Assembly (NCBI GenBank): GCA_963808705.1
Contig: CAWEHB010000001.1
Location: 72,397-136,396, forward strand
Direction: 5' to 3'
Source: an uncultured Actinomycetota bacterium
GTDB lineage: Bacteria > Actinomycetota > Actinomycetes > Streptosporangiales > Streptosporangiaceae
Length of the DNA: 64,000 bases
The position numbers and the translations under genes were made by a program. This document shows, one piece after another, positions 1-8,632 of this stretch. Positions within the stretch are counted from its first letter, which is position 1. Every line of letters begins with the position of its first letter. The notes beneath the pieces were generated by a model. That model did not search any database. It saw nothing but the letters and a program-made list of their open reading frames with translations, and was not told where the DNA came from.

Positions 1-428
1 TCGACGAGCGCGGCCACGTGACGCCGGTCTTCGGGCGTCAGCTCGTCGATGCTGGCGATCAGGAGCTCCCGTTCCGGGTCGCCCGGGTGCTCCCGCTCGG
101 CCGGGACCTCGTCGTAGTAGTGCAGTCCGGTGGACTCGGCCGCGGCAGCACGGACCGCGGAGACCGGTACGTCGAGGCCTTTGGCGAGCGCGTCGATCGT
201 GGCCGGGCGCGGCGGCCGGGCCAGGTTACGTGTGGTCGCGAGGGTGTAGACGGTGGAACGCGGCATCCCTCCGCGCCGGGCCACCTCGCCGTAGGACCAG
301 CCCCGCTCGCGCAACCGCTGCTGGATCAGGTGCTGAAGCGGGTTGATATCAGGTTCCAACGCTGCAGCGGCGCTGCGTGGCCGGTCTCGCGGAGGATTCT
401 GCTCGCCTCCTGTCGCATGCGCCGTCAT
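1..428 (-). CDS. XRE-family helix-turn-helix transcriptional regulator (3' end lies outside the window)
   Basis: Manual minus-strand translation from the ATG at 428-426 gives MTAHATGGEQNPPRDRP...LIQQRLRERGWSYGEVARRGGMPRSTVYTLATTRNLARPPRPATIDALAKGLDVP... This is a typical HTH_XRE core with high GC3. It is missing from the ORF track because it runs off the window edge. Confidence 0.6.
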   Translation of the reverse strand, partial: MTAHATGGEQNPPRDRPRSAAAALEPDINPLQHLIQQRLRERGWSYGEVARRGGMPRSTVYTLATTRNLARPPRPATIDALAKGLDVPVSAVRAAAAESTGLHYYDEVPAEREHPGDPERELLIASIDELTPEDRRHVAALV

Positions 429-625
429 AGCCAGCCTAGCCGTCTCCATCCGATGGGCTTTGGTCGCGATCCACCCACCTTGCCAAACTCCGGGGTAAAG
501 AGTACTGTACGGTGGTGACCGAACAAAATGTAGGCCACTGAGCAAACACCAGGTTCGGACCCGGCGCCACAGGGGCCGCCGGGTGGGTCCCAGAGACCCG
601 GGCACCCGCAGACGCGGGCAAACCC

Positions 626-648
626 GATCTGCCTGGCCGAGGCAGATC
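626..648 (+). promoter_or_regulatory. 8-bp perfect hairpin in the 5' leader of the small peptide gene
   Basis: gatctgcc-tggccga-ggcagatc lies 6 nt upstream of the GAAGGAGG Shine-Dalgarno at 655-662. Two smaller hairpins (gggtc..gaccc and cccgc..gcggg) precede it at about 584-617. Confidence 0.3.
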
Positions 649-666
649 ACTCCCGAAGGAGGATCC

Positions 667-894
667 ATGTCCACTCGACCGGCCGTGACCACGCAGGAGC
701 TCGAACTCGAGCACGCCGAACTGCTCCCGAGCCGGGAGACCCTCTGCGTGTCCCACCACGGCTACGGCGGCAACAGCTTCAGCTTCACCCAGGTGGGGTA
801 CGGCAACACCGCTCAGTCGGGGCTGGTGAACGTCTCCGCCCTGAACGGCAGCTTCGACAACATCCTCAGCCTGGGCTCCGGCAACATCCTCTAG
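667..894 (+). CDS. 75-aa small peptide, leader/core-like. It has an acidic helical N-part and a Gly/Asn/Ser-rich amphipathic C-part, with no signal peptide.
   Basis: Internal ATG of track ORF 583..894, with a strong SD (GAAGGAGG) 4 nt upstream. Sequence: MSTRPAVTTQELELEHAELLPSRETLCVSHHGYGGNSFSFTQVGYGNTAQSGLVNVSALNGSFDNILSLGSGNIL. It sits directly upstream of a membrane metalloprotease gene. Confidence 0.55.
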   Translation: MSTRPAVTTQELELEHAELLPSRETLCVSHHGYGGNSFSFTQVGYGNTAQSGLVNVSALNGSFDNILSLGSGNIL

Positions 895-958
895 CACCTG
901 TCCGGCTCGCCACGGGTGCTGGCCTGCTGTGCGGTAGAGGGGAATGCACAGCAGATAA

Positions 959-997
959 GGGAAGGGCCGCCTGGGGAGGTCTCGGGCGGCCCTTTCC
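959..997 (+). terminator. Stem-loop between the peptide gene and the protease gene (possible attenuator or partial terminator)
   Basis: gggaagggccgcc ... ggcggccctttcc forms a stem of about 12 bp with one bulged T. No clear T-tract follows. Confidence 0.35.
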
Positions 998-1077
998 GCT
1001 GCGTACGGCCTGCCGGGCCGCGCGCACTCAGCCACTGGCGAGGTCCCCCAGGTGAGCACGCGAGACAGGAGCAGACC

Positions 1078-2497
1078 CATGACCGCGGCCGCAGGGCACG
1101 TGACCACCGAGCGCACGCAGCCCATCCTGCCCCCGGCGGACGCGCCCGAAGCCGCCCCGGCGCCCCGGCTGGCCAACGGGGTCGAACTGCTCGGCGAGTA
1201 CAAGGACTCCGGCTACAGCCAGCCGCCGTCGCTCGTGCGGCGGCTCGATGGCCAGGTCATCCAGATGTCCCGGCTGCTGTACCAGGTGACCTGCCGGATC
1301 GACGGCTCCCGCGACCCGGCCGCCATCGCGGAACTGGTCAGCGAGGACCTCGGCCGGTCCCTGGACGCCGGCCAGGTCCGCCATCTCATCACGTCGAAGC
1401 TGCTGCCCCTCGGCATCGTCGCCGACGAGGATGCCCCGGCCGCCCCGCCGAGGGCCAACCCGCTGCTCGCGCTCAGAGCGCGGGGCACGCTGCTGCCCGA
1501 ACGTGCGGCGAATCTCGCCGGCACGCTTCTCCGGCCGCTGTTCCGGCCGCCGATCGTCGCGGCCGTGGTGGGCAGCGTCCTGGCCGTGGACAGCTGGCTG
1601 TTCGCGGGCCACGGGCTGGGCGGGGGCCTTCAGCAGGTCCTGCACGACCCGGTGGACCTGCTCCTCGTGGCCGGCCTCTCCCTGCTCTCTGCCGCGTTCC
1701 ACGAGTGCGGACACGCGGCGGCCTGCCGTTACGGCGGGGCACGGCCCGGCGTGATCGGTGTCGGCGTTTACCTGGTCTGGCCGTCGTTCTTCACCAACGT
1801 CACCGACTCCTACCGGCTCAGCCGCGCCGGCCGACTGCGGACCGACCTCGGCGGCCTGTACTTCAACCTGATCTTCATACTGGCTTTGGCCGGCGTCTAC
1901 TCGGCTACCTCGGCCGGGGTCCTGCTCCTCGTCATGGCCATAACGCACCTGGAGATGCTGGAGCAACTGCTCCCGTTCGTCCGGTTCGATGGCTACTTCA
2001 TCCTCAGCGACCTCGTCGGCGTGCCGGACCTGTTCGCCCGCGTCGCCCCCATCCTGCGCAACGCCGTATCCAGGGGGCCCAGGGACCCGCGCGTCACCGG
2101 CCTCCGGCGCCGCGCCCGGATCGCGGTGACCGGCTGGGTGCTGTGCGTCATCCCGCTGCTCACGCTCAGCTTCGGGTACCTCGTGCTGCACCTCCCCCAG
2201 ATCAACCGGGCGCTGTGGCGTTCCGCGAGCCGTCAGGCGCACCTGGCGTCCGCCGCGGTGGCCGGCCACGGCTACGCGATGGCCGCGGTCGATGCCATCG
2301 GCGTCGCCCTGCTGGCCCTGTCGCTGGCCGGTTCGCTCTACATCGTGACCGGGCTGGCGCGGCGGGTCGCCGCCGCGGGCCTGCGCTGGTCCGCCGGCCA
2401 TCGCACCCGCCGCCTCCTGGTCGCCGTGGCCGGCCTGGCGTGCGTGACGACGCTGGCCGTCTTCTGGAACGCACAGGGCCAGTTCCACGGCTGGTAG
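1078..2497 (+). CDS. Polytopic membrane zinc metalloprotease, M50/site-2-protease-like (YydH-like 'peptide zinc metalloprotease')
   Basis: Track ORF 1052..2497. An HExxH motif (FHECGH, nt 1700-1714) lies inside a hydrophobic segment. A downstream PFVRFDGYF motif (xDG) and multiple TM helices are present. ATG 1078 has an AGGAG 7 nt upstream. GTG 1052 is an alternative start. Confidence 0.8.
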
Positions 2498-2584
2498 CCG
2501 AGCCGCGGCTCCGCCGGATCCAAGACGTCCGTCACAACCAAGGCCAGAAACGGCCGCCCTGACAAGATCCAGAAAGGTAGCCTC

Positions 2585-2863
2585 ATGGAACCATCGGCCC
2601 AGCCCGTCAAGGCGGGTAACTACACGATCAGATCGCGAGACGTTACCCCGGCGCAGCCTTATACGTACGAGATCACTTTCGCCGGCGCGGCGGGCGATGA
2701 ATTGCGCGCAGAATTCGACGACTGCGAGATCACCACAGGCCAGGACTCGACCACGCTCCGCGCCGACCTGCCCGATCAGGCCGCCTTGGCCGGGCTCGTG
2801 CTCCGGATCACCAGCCTCCGGCTCAAGGTGACCCACCTGCGCCTGGTCGCGCCGACCTCGTGA
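2585..2863 (+). CDS. Small conserved actinobacterial protein of unknown function (92 aa)
   Basis: Track ORF. The C-terminal pattern TTLRADLPDQAALAGLVLRITSLRLKVTHLRLV resembles a common small actinobacterial family (..LxGxxxDQAALHGLLxxLRDLGLxLxxV). GAAAGG lies upstream. Confidence 0.6.
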   Translation: MEPSAQPVKAGNYTIRSRDVTPAQPYTYEITFAGAAGDELRAEFDDCEITTGQDSTTLRADLPDQAALAGLVLRITSLRLKVTHLRLVAPTS

Positions 2864-2959
2864 CCCGGGCGACTCACCCTGGCAAGGGCGAGTCGCCCCA
2901 CCGGGAACTGCGAGATCCTTGATGCGGTCTGCATCCCCCTATGAGCGCAGGAGCGTGAC

Positions 2960-3406
2960 ATGACGATAAAGTCCGACTTTACGCCCGAGGAATGGAAGAT
3001 GATCCTGGCAGGCCCGCCGGCCGCGGGCACGATCGTGGCCACCGCGGCGCACGGGGGGATGCTCCGCGAGTCGTTCGCGATGTCGAAGGCCTACGCCGAG
3101 GCGCGCGCCCAGCACGGCGAGAGCGTGCTCCTCGACGAGATCGTGGCCGCCAAGCCCAAGATGGACCACACGCTGTACCACTCTCCCGAAGAACTCAGGA
3201 AGGCCGGCCTCGGGCACATTCGCGACGCGATGGCGCTGCTCGAGAGCAAGGCGACCGCCGAGGAACGCGACGACTACCGGCGGTTCGTCGTCATCCTCGC
3301 CAACAAGGTCGCCGCTGCCCATCGGGAGCACGGGCAGAGCGTGAGCTCCGCCGAGTCAGAGGCCATCGAGGAGATCACGACGGCGCTCGGCGCGGCCGGT
3401 TCCTGA
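2960..3406 (+). CDS. Conserved hypothetical protein (148 aa, helical)
   Basis: Track ORF with a non-shadow amino-acid composition (K, E, M, I present) and high GC3. Confidence 0.7.
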   Translation: MTIKSDFTPEEWKMILAGPPAAGTIVATAAHGGMLRESFAMSKAYAEARAQHGESVLLDEIVAAKPKMDHTLYHSPEELRKAGLGHIRDAMALLESKATAEERDDYRRFVVILANKVAAAHREHGQSVSSAESEAIEEITTALGAAGS

Positions 3407-3534
3407 CCGACCCGGGCCGACCGGCCAGGCGGGCCGGGGTCTCGCCAACGGGAGGACACCACACCGGCCTGCGGGCCAGCGGATTCTGCCGTGCCCCTTT
3501 CTCGCCTGTCCCCGGGCCACTACGGTCATTCAAC

Positions 3535-4560
3535 GTGACCCCGATCAGTTTCGAAGAACGAGAGCTTGAGGCGAGGGTGCCGGACCTGGCCGCCGGCGGG
3601 GCCTGGACCCGGGTCCGGCTGCGCTGGCGGCAGGACCCGCTGACCGGGGCGAGCGCCCGGATTCTCACCGGGGTGAAACTCCAGCCTCCGGGCCGGCCGG
3701 ACCTGACGGAACTCACGGCGAAGCCCGCCTTCTGCCCGTTCGACAGCGAGCGCCTGGAGACGGCCACCTTCCCGTTTCCCGCCGAGCTCACCACCGAGGG
3801 CCGCATCCGGAAGGGCAAGGCCGTCGTGGTGCCCAACATCCTGGCGTACGCGACCCACAGCGCCGTCGGCATCTATGACCCCGGGCGGCACTTCCTCGAC
3901 CTGGACGAGCTGACGCCCTCTCTCCTGGGGGACGCCCTGGTCGCCATGGTCCGGCACGCCCGGGCGGTGCGGCGCCTGGACCCGGCGGCGCTGTGGAGCT
4001 CGATCAGCGCCAACTACCTGCCGCCGTCAGGCGCCTCGCTGGTCCATCCCCACCTGCAGTCCGCGCACGACGACTGCGGCCTGACCGGCCAGCGCCTCCT
4101 GGTCGAGCAGTCGCGAGCCTGGCAGGAGAGGCACGGACCTTACTGGGCGGCCCTGGTCGACCAGGAAGCCGGCGGTCCGCGCTGGGTGGGGCACATCGGC
4201 CGGGTGGCCTGGCTGACGCCGTTCGCGCCGGTCGGGTTCCACGAGGTGTGGGGAGTGGCCGGCGGGGCGGCGGACGTGACCGACCTGACCGAGGAGGACT
4301 GCCAGGCGCTGGGGCAGGGGCTCTCCCAGGTGCTGGCCGCGTACCGGGACTGGAACCTGGCCTCGTTCAACTTCGGCCTGATCGGCGGCGGGCCGCAGGC
4401 ACGCGAGCACGGCCACCAGGTGGTGCTCAAGGTGGTCAGCCGGTCGAATCCGGAGCCGGTGTACCGCAGCGACGCGACCTACTTCGAGCGCCTCTACGGG
4501 GAGGCCATGATCGATCTGAGCCCGGAGGAAGTCGCGGACGGTATCCGGGCCAGGTTCTGA
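3535..4560 (+). CDS. GalT-branch HIT-superfamily nucleotidyltransferase (galactose-1-phosphate uridylyltransferase-like)
   Basis: This is the C-terminal 341 aa of track ORF 2992..4560. It has the motif SLVHPHLQS (HxHxQ). The upstream part of that ORF is an R/G-rich shadow of 2960..3406. GTG at 3535 is the proposed start and is uncertain. Confidence 0.7.
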   Translation: MTPISFEERELEARVPDLAAGGAWTRVRLRWRQDPLTGASARILTGVKLQPPGRPDLTELTAKPAFCPFDSERLETATFPFPAELTTEGRIRKGKAVVVPNILAYATHSAVGIYDPGRHFLDLDELTPSLLGDALVAMVRHARAVRRLDPAALWSSISANYLPPSGASLVHPHLQSAHDDCGLTGQRLLVEQSRAWQERHGPYWAALVDQEAGGPRWVGHIGRVAWLTPFAPVGFHEVWGVAGGAADVTDLTEEDCQALGQGLSQVLAAYRDWNLASFNFGLIGGGPQAREHGHQVVLKVVSRSNPEPVYRSDATYFERLYGEAMIDLSPEEVADGIRARF

Positions 4561-4778
4561 CCGCAGACGCTGCGCCCCGCGCGGTCAGGTCAGGGTGGTG
4601 TAGTCGCCCGCTTGCCACTTGACCCAATCCCACTGCCCGAGGAACTTCTGACCGGCCGCAGCAGCCCAGAACCTCGCCCGGCTTCTCGAAGCGCAGGAAA
4701 CGTGGAGCTGCCGTGCAGATTGTGTGGGGTGCCCTCGGCCGACCGGGCGGGCTCATGGCTGCGGCAGAATAGACAGTC

Positions 4779-6038
4779 ATGTCCGAGGAAACCGGCACGA
4801 AGCCGATGGTGATCGTCGGTGGCGGGATCGCCGGGGGGAATGCCGCCGCGACACTGCGCGACGAAGGCTTCCGCGACCCGGTCGTGATCATCAGCCGGGA
4901 GCCGGGTGTGCCGTTCGGCCGTCCCCCGTTGTCCAAGACGTATCTGCGCTCCGAGGAAAGCCTCGACGACTGGTACGTCAGGCCGGCCGGCTGGTACGCG
5001 GCGCACGACGTGGACCGGCTGGCCGCCAGCGTCACGGCCATTGATCCCGCGGCGCACCGGCTGGTGCTGGACTCGGGCCGGGAGCTTGACTACCAGAAGG
5101 TCCTGATCGCGACCGGCGGGCAGAACCGGCGCCTGGCGATCCCCGGGTCCGAGCTGCCCGGGATCCACTACCTGCGCACGAAGGCCGACTGTGACGCGAT
5201 CAAGCGCGAAGCCATAACGGGCCGGCGCGCGGTCGTGGTGGGCATGGGGTTCATCGGCTGCGAGGTGGCGGCCTCGCTGACCCAGCTCGGGGTGCACGTG
5301 ACCACGGCCTTCCCCGAGCGCAACCCGCTGGAACGGGTCCTGGGCGCAGAGGTCGGCGCGGTGTTCGGCGCGATACACCGCGCCAAGGGAGTCACGCTGC
5401 TGGCCGGATCCCAGGTGGCCGCGTTCGAGGGGGCCGAACGCGTCGAGGCGGTAGTGATCAAGGACGGCTCCCGGGTGGCGTGCGACTTCGCCGTCGTCGG
5501 CGTCGGGATCAACCCCGACGTGCAGGCCGTCGCGGGGACGTCCGTTGCCCTGGAGAACGGGATTCTGGTCGACGAGCTGTGCCGGACCAGCGCGGCCGAC
5601 GTCTACGCGGCCGGCGATGTCGCCAACCAGCTCCACCCGCTCTTCGGGCGGGTCCGCGTCGAGCACTACAACAACGGCGAGAAGCAGGGAGCGGCGGCGG
5701 CGCGGTCGATGCTGGGCTCGACGGCGCCCTACGACTACCTCCACACCTTCTGGTCCGACCAGTACGAGCACAAGCTCGAGTACGCCGGCCACGCCACGAC
5801 CTGGGACGACTTCGCCGTCCGGGGCAGCCTCGCCGAGGGTAAGCTCATCGGCTTCTACCTGCAGGGCGGGGTGCTGCTCGCGGCCGTCGGCGTCGACCGC
5901 GGCGGCGATCCGGAACTGGACCACGACGGCGAGATGGCGGCGTGCGCGCGGCTCGTGGCCCAGCGCGCCCGGCCGGATCGGGGCGCGCTGACCGACGAGC
6001 ACACGGACCTCTGGTCGCTCGCGCGCCATGACGGATAA
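4779..6038 (+). CDS. FAD/NAD(P)-dependent oxidoreductase, ferredoxin-reductase type
   Basis: Two dinucleotide-binding motifs (VIVGGGIAGGNAA and VVVGMGFIGCEVA). The length and order are typical of putidaredoxin/rubredoxin reductase-like enzymes. Confidence 0.9.
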   Translation: MSEETGTKPMVIVGGGIAGGNAAATLRDEGFRDPVVIISREPGVPFGRPPLSKTYLRSEESLDDWYVRPAGWYAAHDVDRLAASVTAIDPAAHRLVLDSGRELDYQKVLIATGGQNRRLAIPGSELPGIHYLRTKADCDAIKREAITGRRAVVVGMGFIGCEVAASLTQLGVHVTTAFPERNPLERVLGAEVGAVFGAIHRAKGVTLLAGSQVAAFEGAERVEAVVIKDGSRVACDFAVVGVGINPDVQAVAGTSVALENGILVDELCRTSAADVYAAGDVANQLHPLFGRVRVEHYNNGEKQGAAAARSMLGSTAPYDYLHTFWSDQYEHKLEYAGHATTWDDFAVRGSLAEGKLIGFYLQGGVLLAAVGVDRGGDPELDHDGEMAACARLVAQRARPDRGALTDEHTDLWSLARHDG

Positions 6039-6049
6039 CAGCCGGCCGG

Positions 6050-6775
6050 TCAGGCGTTGGAGAACAGCGGTATGTTCGCCCCGCTGGCCGGGGCCAGCGG
6101 GCTGTCGAGCAGCGCGACGATGAGTTCCGCCACGTCACCGGGGGTCAGGCCGGGGCGGAGCTCGGGGTTGGCCTGACGCAGCATCGGCGTGTCGACGGCG
6201 CCCGGGCTGACGCAGATGGCGCTGATCCCGTGCTCCTTGCCCTCCACCGCGACGGCCTCGGTGAGGCCGATGACCCCGTACTTGGAGATGTTGTACGCGG
6301 CCAGGCCGGGGAACTTCTCGGTGGCGTAGACGCCGGAGAGCGAGGCGATGTTGACGATCCGCCCTCCGCCGGCCGACCGCATGGCGGTGAACGCCGCGCG
6401 GCAGCACAGGAACGCGCCCGTCAGGTTGACCCCGAGCGTCCGCTGCCACGTTTCCAGGCTGGTCTCGGCGAACGGGACGCTGGTCAGCACCGCGGCCGCG
6501 CAGACCAGGGCGGTGGGACCGCCCGCCTCCCCGGCGGTGGCGAACAGCCGCTGCACATCGGCGGCCTGGCTCACGTCGGCGGGCGCCGCGGTGGCCTGGC
6601 CGCCGGCCTGGCGGATGCGCCGGGCGACCGCACCGAGCGCCTCGGCGTTGCGGGCGGCGAGGACGACGTGCGCGCCACGCGCGGCGATGGCCTCGGCGGT
6701 GGCGGCCCCGATTCCCTGGCTCGCGCCCGTGACCACCGCCACCCGCCCGGCGAGCCAGTGCCCGGGGTCAGGCAC
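6050..6775 (-). CDS. Short-chain dehydrogenase/reductase (SDR)
   Basis: VAVVTGASQGIGAATA near the N-terminus, and ISKYG (a YxxxK region). The GTG start at 6775 overlaps the stop of the upstream glycosyltransferase gene by 8 nt. The track ORF extends to 6868, but that part is out-of-frame overlap. Confidence 0.85.
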   Translation of the reverse strand: MPDPGHWLAGRVAVVTGASQGIGAATAEAIAARGAHVVLAARNAEALGAVARRIRQAGGQATAAPADVSQAADVQRLFATAGEAGGPTALVCAAAVLTSVPFAETSLETWQRTLGVNLTGAFLCCRAAFTAMRSAGGGRIVNIASLSGVYATEKFPGLAAYNISKYGVIGLTEAVAVEGKEHGISAICVSPGAVDTPMLRQANPELRPGLTPGDVAELIVALLDSPLAPASGANIPLFSNA

Positions 6776-7862
6776 TGGCCTGCGCTGCGGTGCCCCGGCC
6801 GACCACCCGCCGGTAGAGCTGCTCGTGGGCATCCAGGCTCCGTTCCAGGTCCAGCTGGGCCTCGGCATGTTCCCGGCACGCCGGGCGCGAGATCCCGGCG
6901 GCGGCGGTGATCGCGGCGGCGGCCGCCCGCAGGTCGCCGGGCGGGACCAGGAAGCCGGTCCGCCCGTCGGCGATCACCTCGCCGAGCGCGCCGCGCCGGA
7001 ACGCGACCACGGGCGTCCCGCAGGCCTGCGCCTCGGCGGCGGCCATGCCGAACGGCTCGTCCCACCGTACGGGATACAGGACGACGGCCGCGCGCGCCAT
7101 CACCGCCCACAGCGATGTCCGCGGCACGCCCTGATGCACGATCACGCCCGGCAGGGCGCGGCGCGGGCCGATCTGCTCCCGGGCGTAATCGGCGTCGTAG
7201 GCGTCGCCGTAGACGTCGATCGGGATTCCCGCCGCGCGGGCGATGTCGATGGCTTCGGCGGCTCCCTTCTCGGGACTCAGCCTGCAGGCGAACACCGCGC
7301 CGGCCCCGGGCGAGCGCGACCAGGCGATCAGGGCCGTGGGCACCAGCGGCGGCAGGATCGCGTCCACCTGGACGACCTGGCCCCAGGCCCGGGCCTGGGC
7401 CGCCGACACGGTGGCCACCGCCGGCGGTCCGCCGCGGTGGCCGGCCTGGCGCAGGGCCGCCGTTATCGCCTCATCCGGGGGCAGGTGGAGGGTGTGCACG
7501 ACCGGCGCGCCCAGCCCGGTCGCGAGCGTGATGGCGGGCGCGTCGAAGGCGTGATTGTGCACCACGTCGTACCGGGTCTGCCGCACTCTCGCGTACACGC
7601 TGGCGAAGGCGGCCCCGGCCGGGGCCAGGCCGGGCGCGGCCGGCCCGGACGCCCGGTAGAGCGTGGCGGCCAGGGACTCCGGATCGATCCCGGTGTCGAT
7701 CACCTGGGCCTCCGGGATGTCGGACCCGGAGGCGGCGTAGACGTGAACGTCGTGCCCCCGGCGGGTCAGGCCGCGCGCCAGGTCGGACACGAAGGCCTGC
7801 GACCCGCCACGCTGCGGCTCGTTGATGACCGTTACCAGCGGCGCGATGATGGCGACCTTCAC
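6768..7862 (-). CDS. Glycosyltransferase, GT4/GT-B fold
   Basis: MKVAIIAPLV...GGSQAFVSDLARGLTRRGHDVHVY and a C-terminal EPFGMAAAEAQACGTPVVA motif. The GTG start overlaps the upstream stop (GTGA). Confidence 0.9.
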   Translation of the reverse strand: MKVAIIAPLVTVINEPQRGGSQAFVSDLARGLTRRGHDVHVYAASGSDIPEAQVIDTGIDPESLAATLYRASGPAAPGLAPAGAAFASVYARVRQTRYDVVHNHAFDAPAITLATGLGAPVVHTLHLPPDEAITAALRQAGHRGGPPAVATVSAAQARAWGQVVQVDAILPPLVPTALIAWSRSPGAGAVFACRLSPEKGAAEAIDIARAAGIPIDVYGDAYDADYAREQIGPRRALPGVIVHQGVPRTSLWAVMARAAVVLYPVRWDEPFGMAAAEAQACGTPVVAFRRGALGEVIADGRTGFLVPPGDLRAAAAAITAAAGISRPACREHAEAQLDLERSLDAHEQLYRRVVGRGTAAQASA

Positions 7863-8632
7863 CGCGGCACCCGCTTGAACGCGAGGTCGCGCGGCGGGTT
7901 GATGCCGAGGACGTCGTAGGGGACCCGCCGCTGGCCGCGGCGGCGGACCTCGGCGACGGCGCGGGGGTAGAAGATCCGGGCCAGCTCGACCGCTTCGGCG
8001 TGGCTGGCGAACTCGGCCGCCATGGGCCCGGCGAAGCTGACGTACTCGTAACCGTGGGCGGCGAGCCAGTCGAGGTGGTTGGGCCAGATGATGGCGACGC
8101 AGCCGCCGGGCCGGCAGACGCGCTCCATCTCGGCCAGGCCGGCCTGGCCGCCGTGCCCGGCGGCCGGGGTCAGGGCCGAGCAGGCGACCACCAGGTCAGC
8201 GGATCCGCTGGCCACCGGCAGGTCGTCGAAGAAGCCCGGGATCACCCGGGCGCGGTCCCCGTGATCCGCTTCGGCGAGCTTCCTGGTCAGGATCTGGCGC
8301 AACGGCAGGGCCGGCTCGATCGCCACCACCTCCCGCGCGCGGCCGACGAGCTCCAGGGTCAGCCGTCCCGCGCCCGCCCCCACCTCCACGATCCGGCCCG
8401 CGTCCCGCGGCAGCCAGCCCAGCACGCCAGGATGCAGCCGTTCCGCGCCGACCAGCCGGTCGTAGAGCTCGGGTTCGAGCCGGTACAGCAGCTCCCAGGC
8501 CAGGGTGAGATCGGCCCGGGGATCTGCGTCCCCGCCGGGGGCGAAGCGGCTCAGCTCGTCGCGGGTGAGCACGCCGAGATCCGCGGCCGTGTAACGCCGG
8601 CCCAGCCGGGTCGGGTCCTCAGACGTGATCAC
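7859..8632 (-). CDS. Class I SAM-dependent methyltransferase
   Basis: RIVEVGAGAGRLTLEL (motif I). The proposed GTG start at 8632 overlaps the PTPS stop by 14 nt. The track ORF reaching 8773 overlaps the PTPS gene out of frame. Confidence 0.8.
   Translation of the reverse strand: MITSEDPTRLGRRYTAADLGVLTRDELSRFAPGGDADPRADLTLAWELLYRLEPELYDRLVGAERLHPGVLGWLPRDAGRIVEVGAGAGRLTLELVGRAREVVAIEPALPLRQILTRKLAEADHGDRARVIPGFFDDLPVASGSADLVVACSALTPAAGHGGQAGLAEMERVCRPGGCVAIIWPNHLDWLAAHGYEYVSFAGPMAAEFASHAEAVELARIFYPRAVAEVRRRGQRRVPYDVLGINPPRDLAFKRVPR

Noticed and set aside
916-2836. Very long ORFs overlapping real genes on the same or the opposite strand. Examples: 916..2562, 1028..2836, 12408..14342, 9951..11885, 16434..18347, 41861..44137, 47601..49169, 55167..57632, 22147..23721.
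   Set aside because: Their translations are dominated by R/G/P/A runs with almost no K, I, F, N or Y. They lie antisense to, or out of frame with, ORFs that carry clear family motifs. This is the expected shadow-ORF artefact in DNA above 70% GC.
4590-4760. Possible minus-strand gene remnant in the GalT / oxidoreductase spacer (one frame ends ...GQKFLGQWDWVKWQAGDYTTLT*)
   Set aside because: Only about 30 plausible codons are present, with no start, no SD, and no family I recognise. It would also require a frameshift to extend. The evidence is too weak to call.
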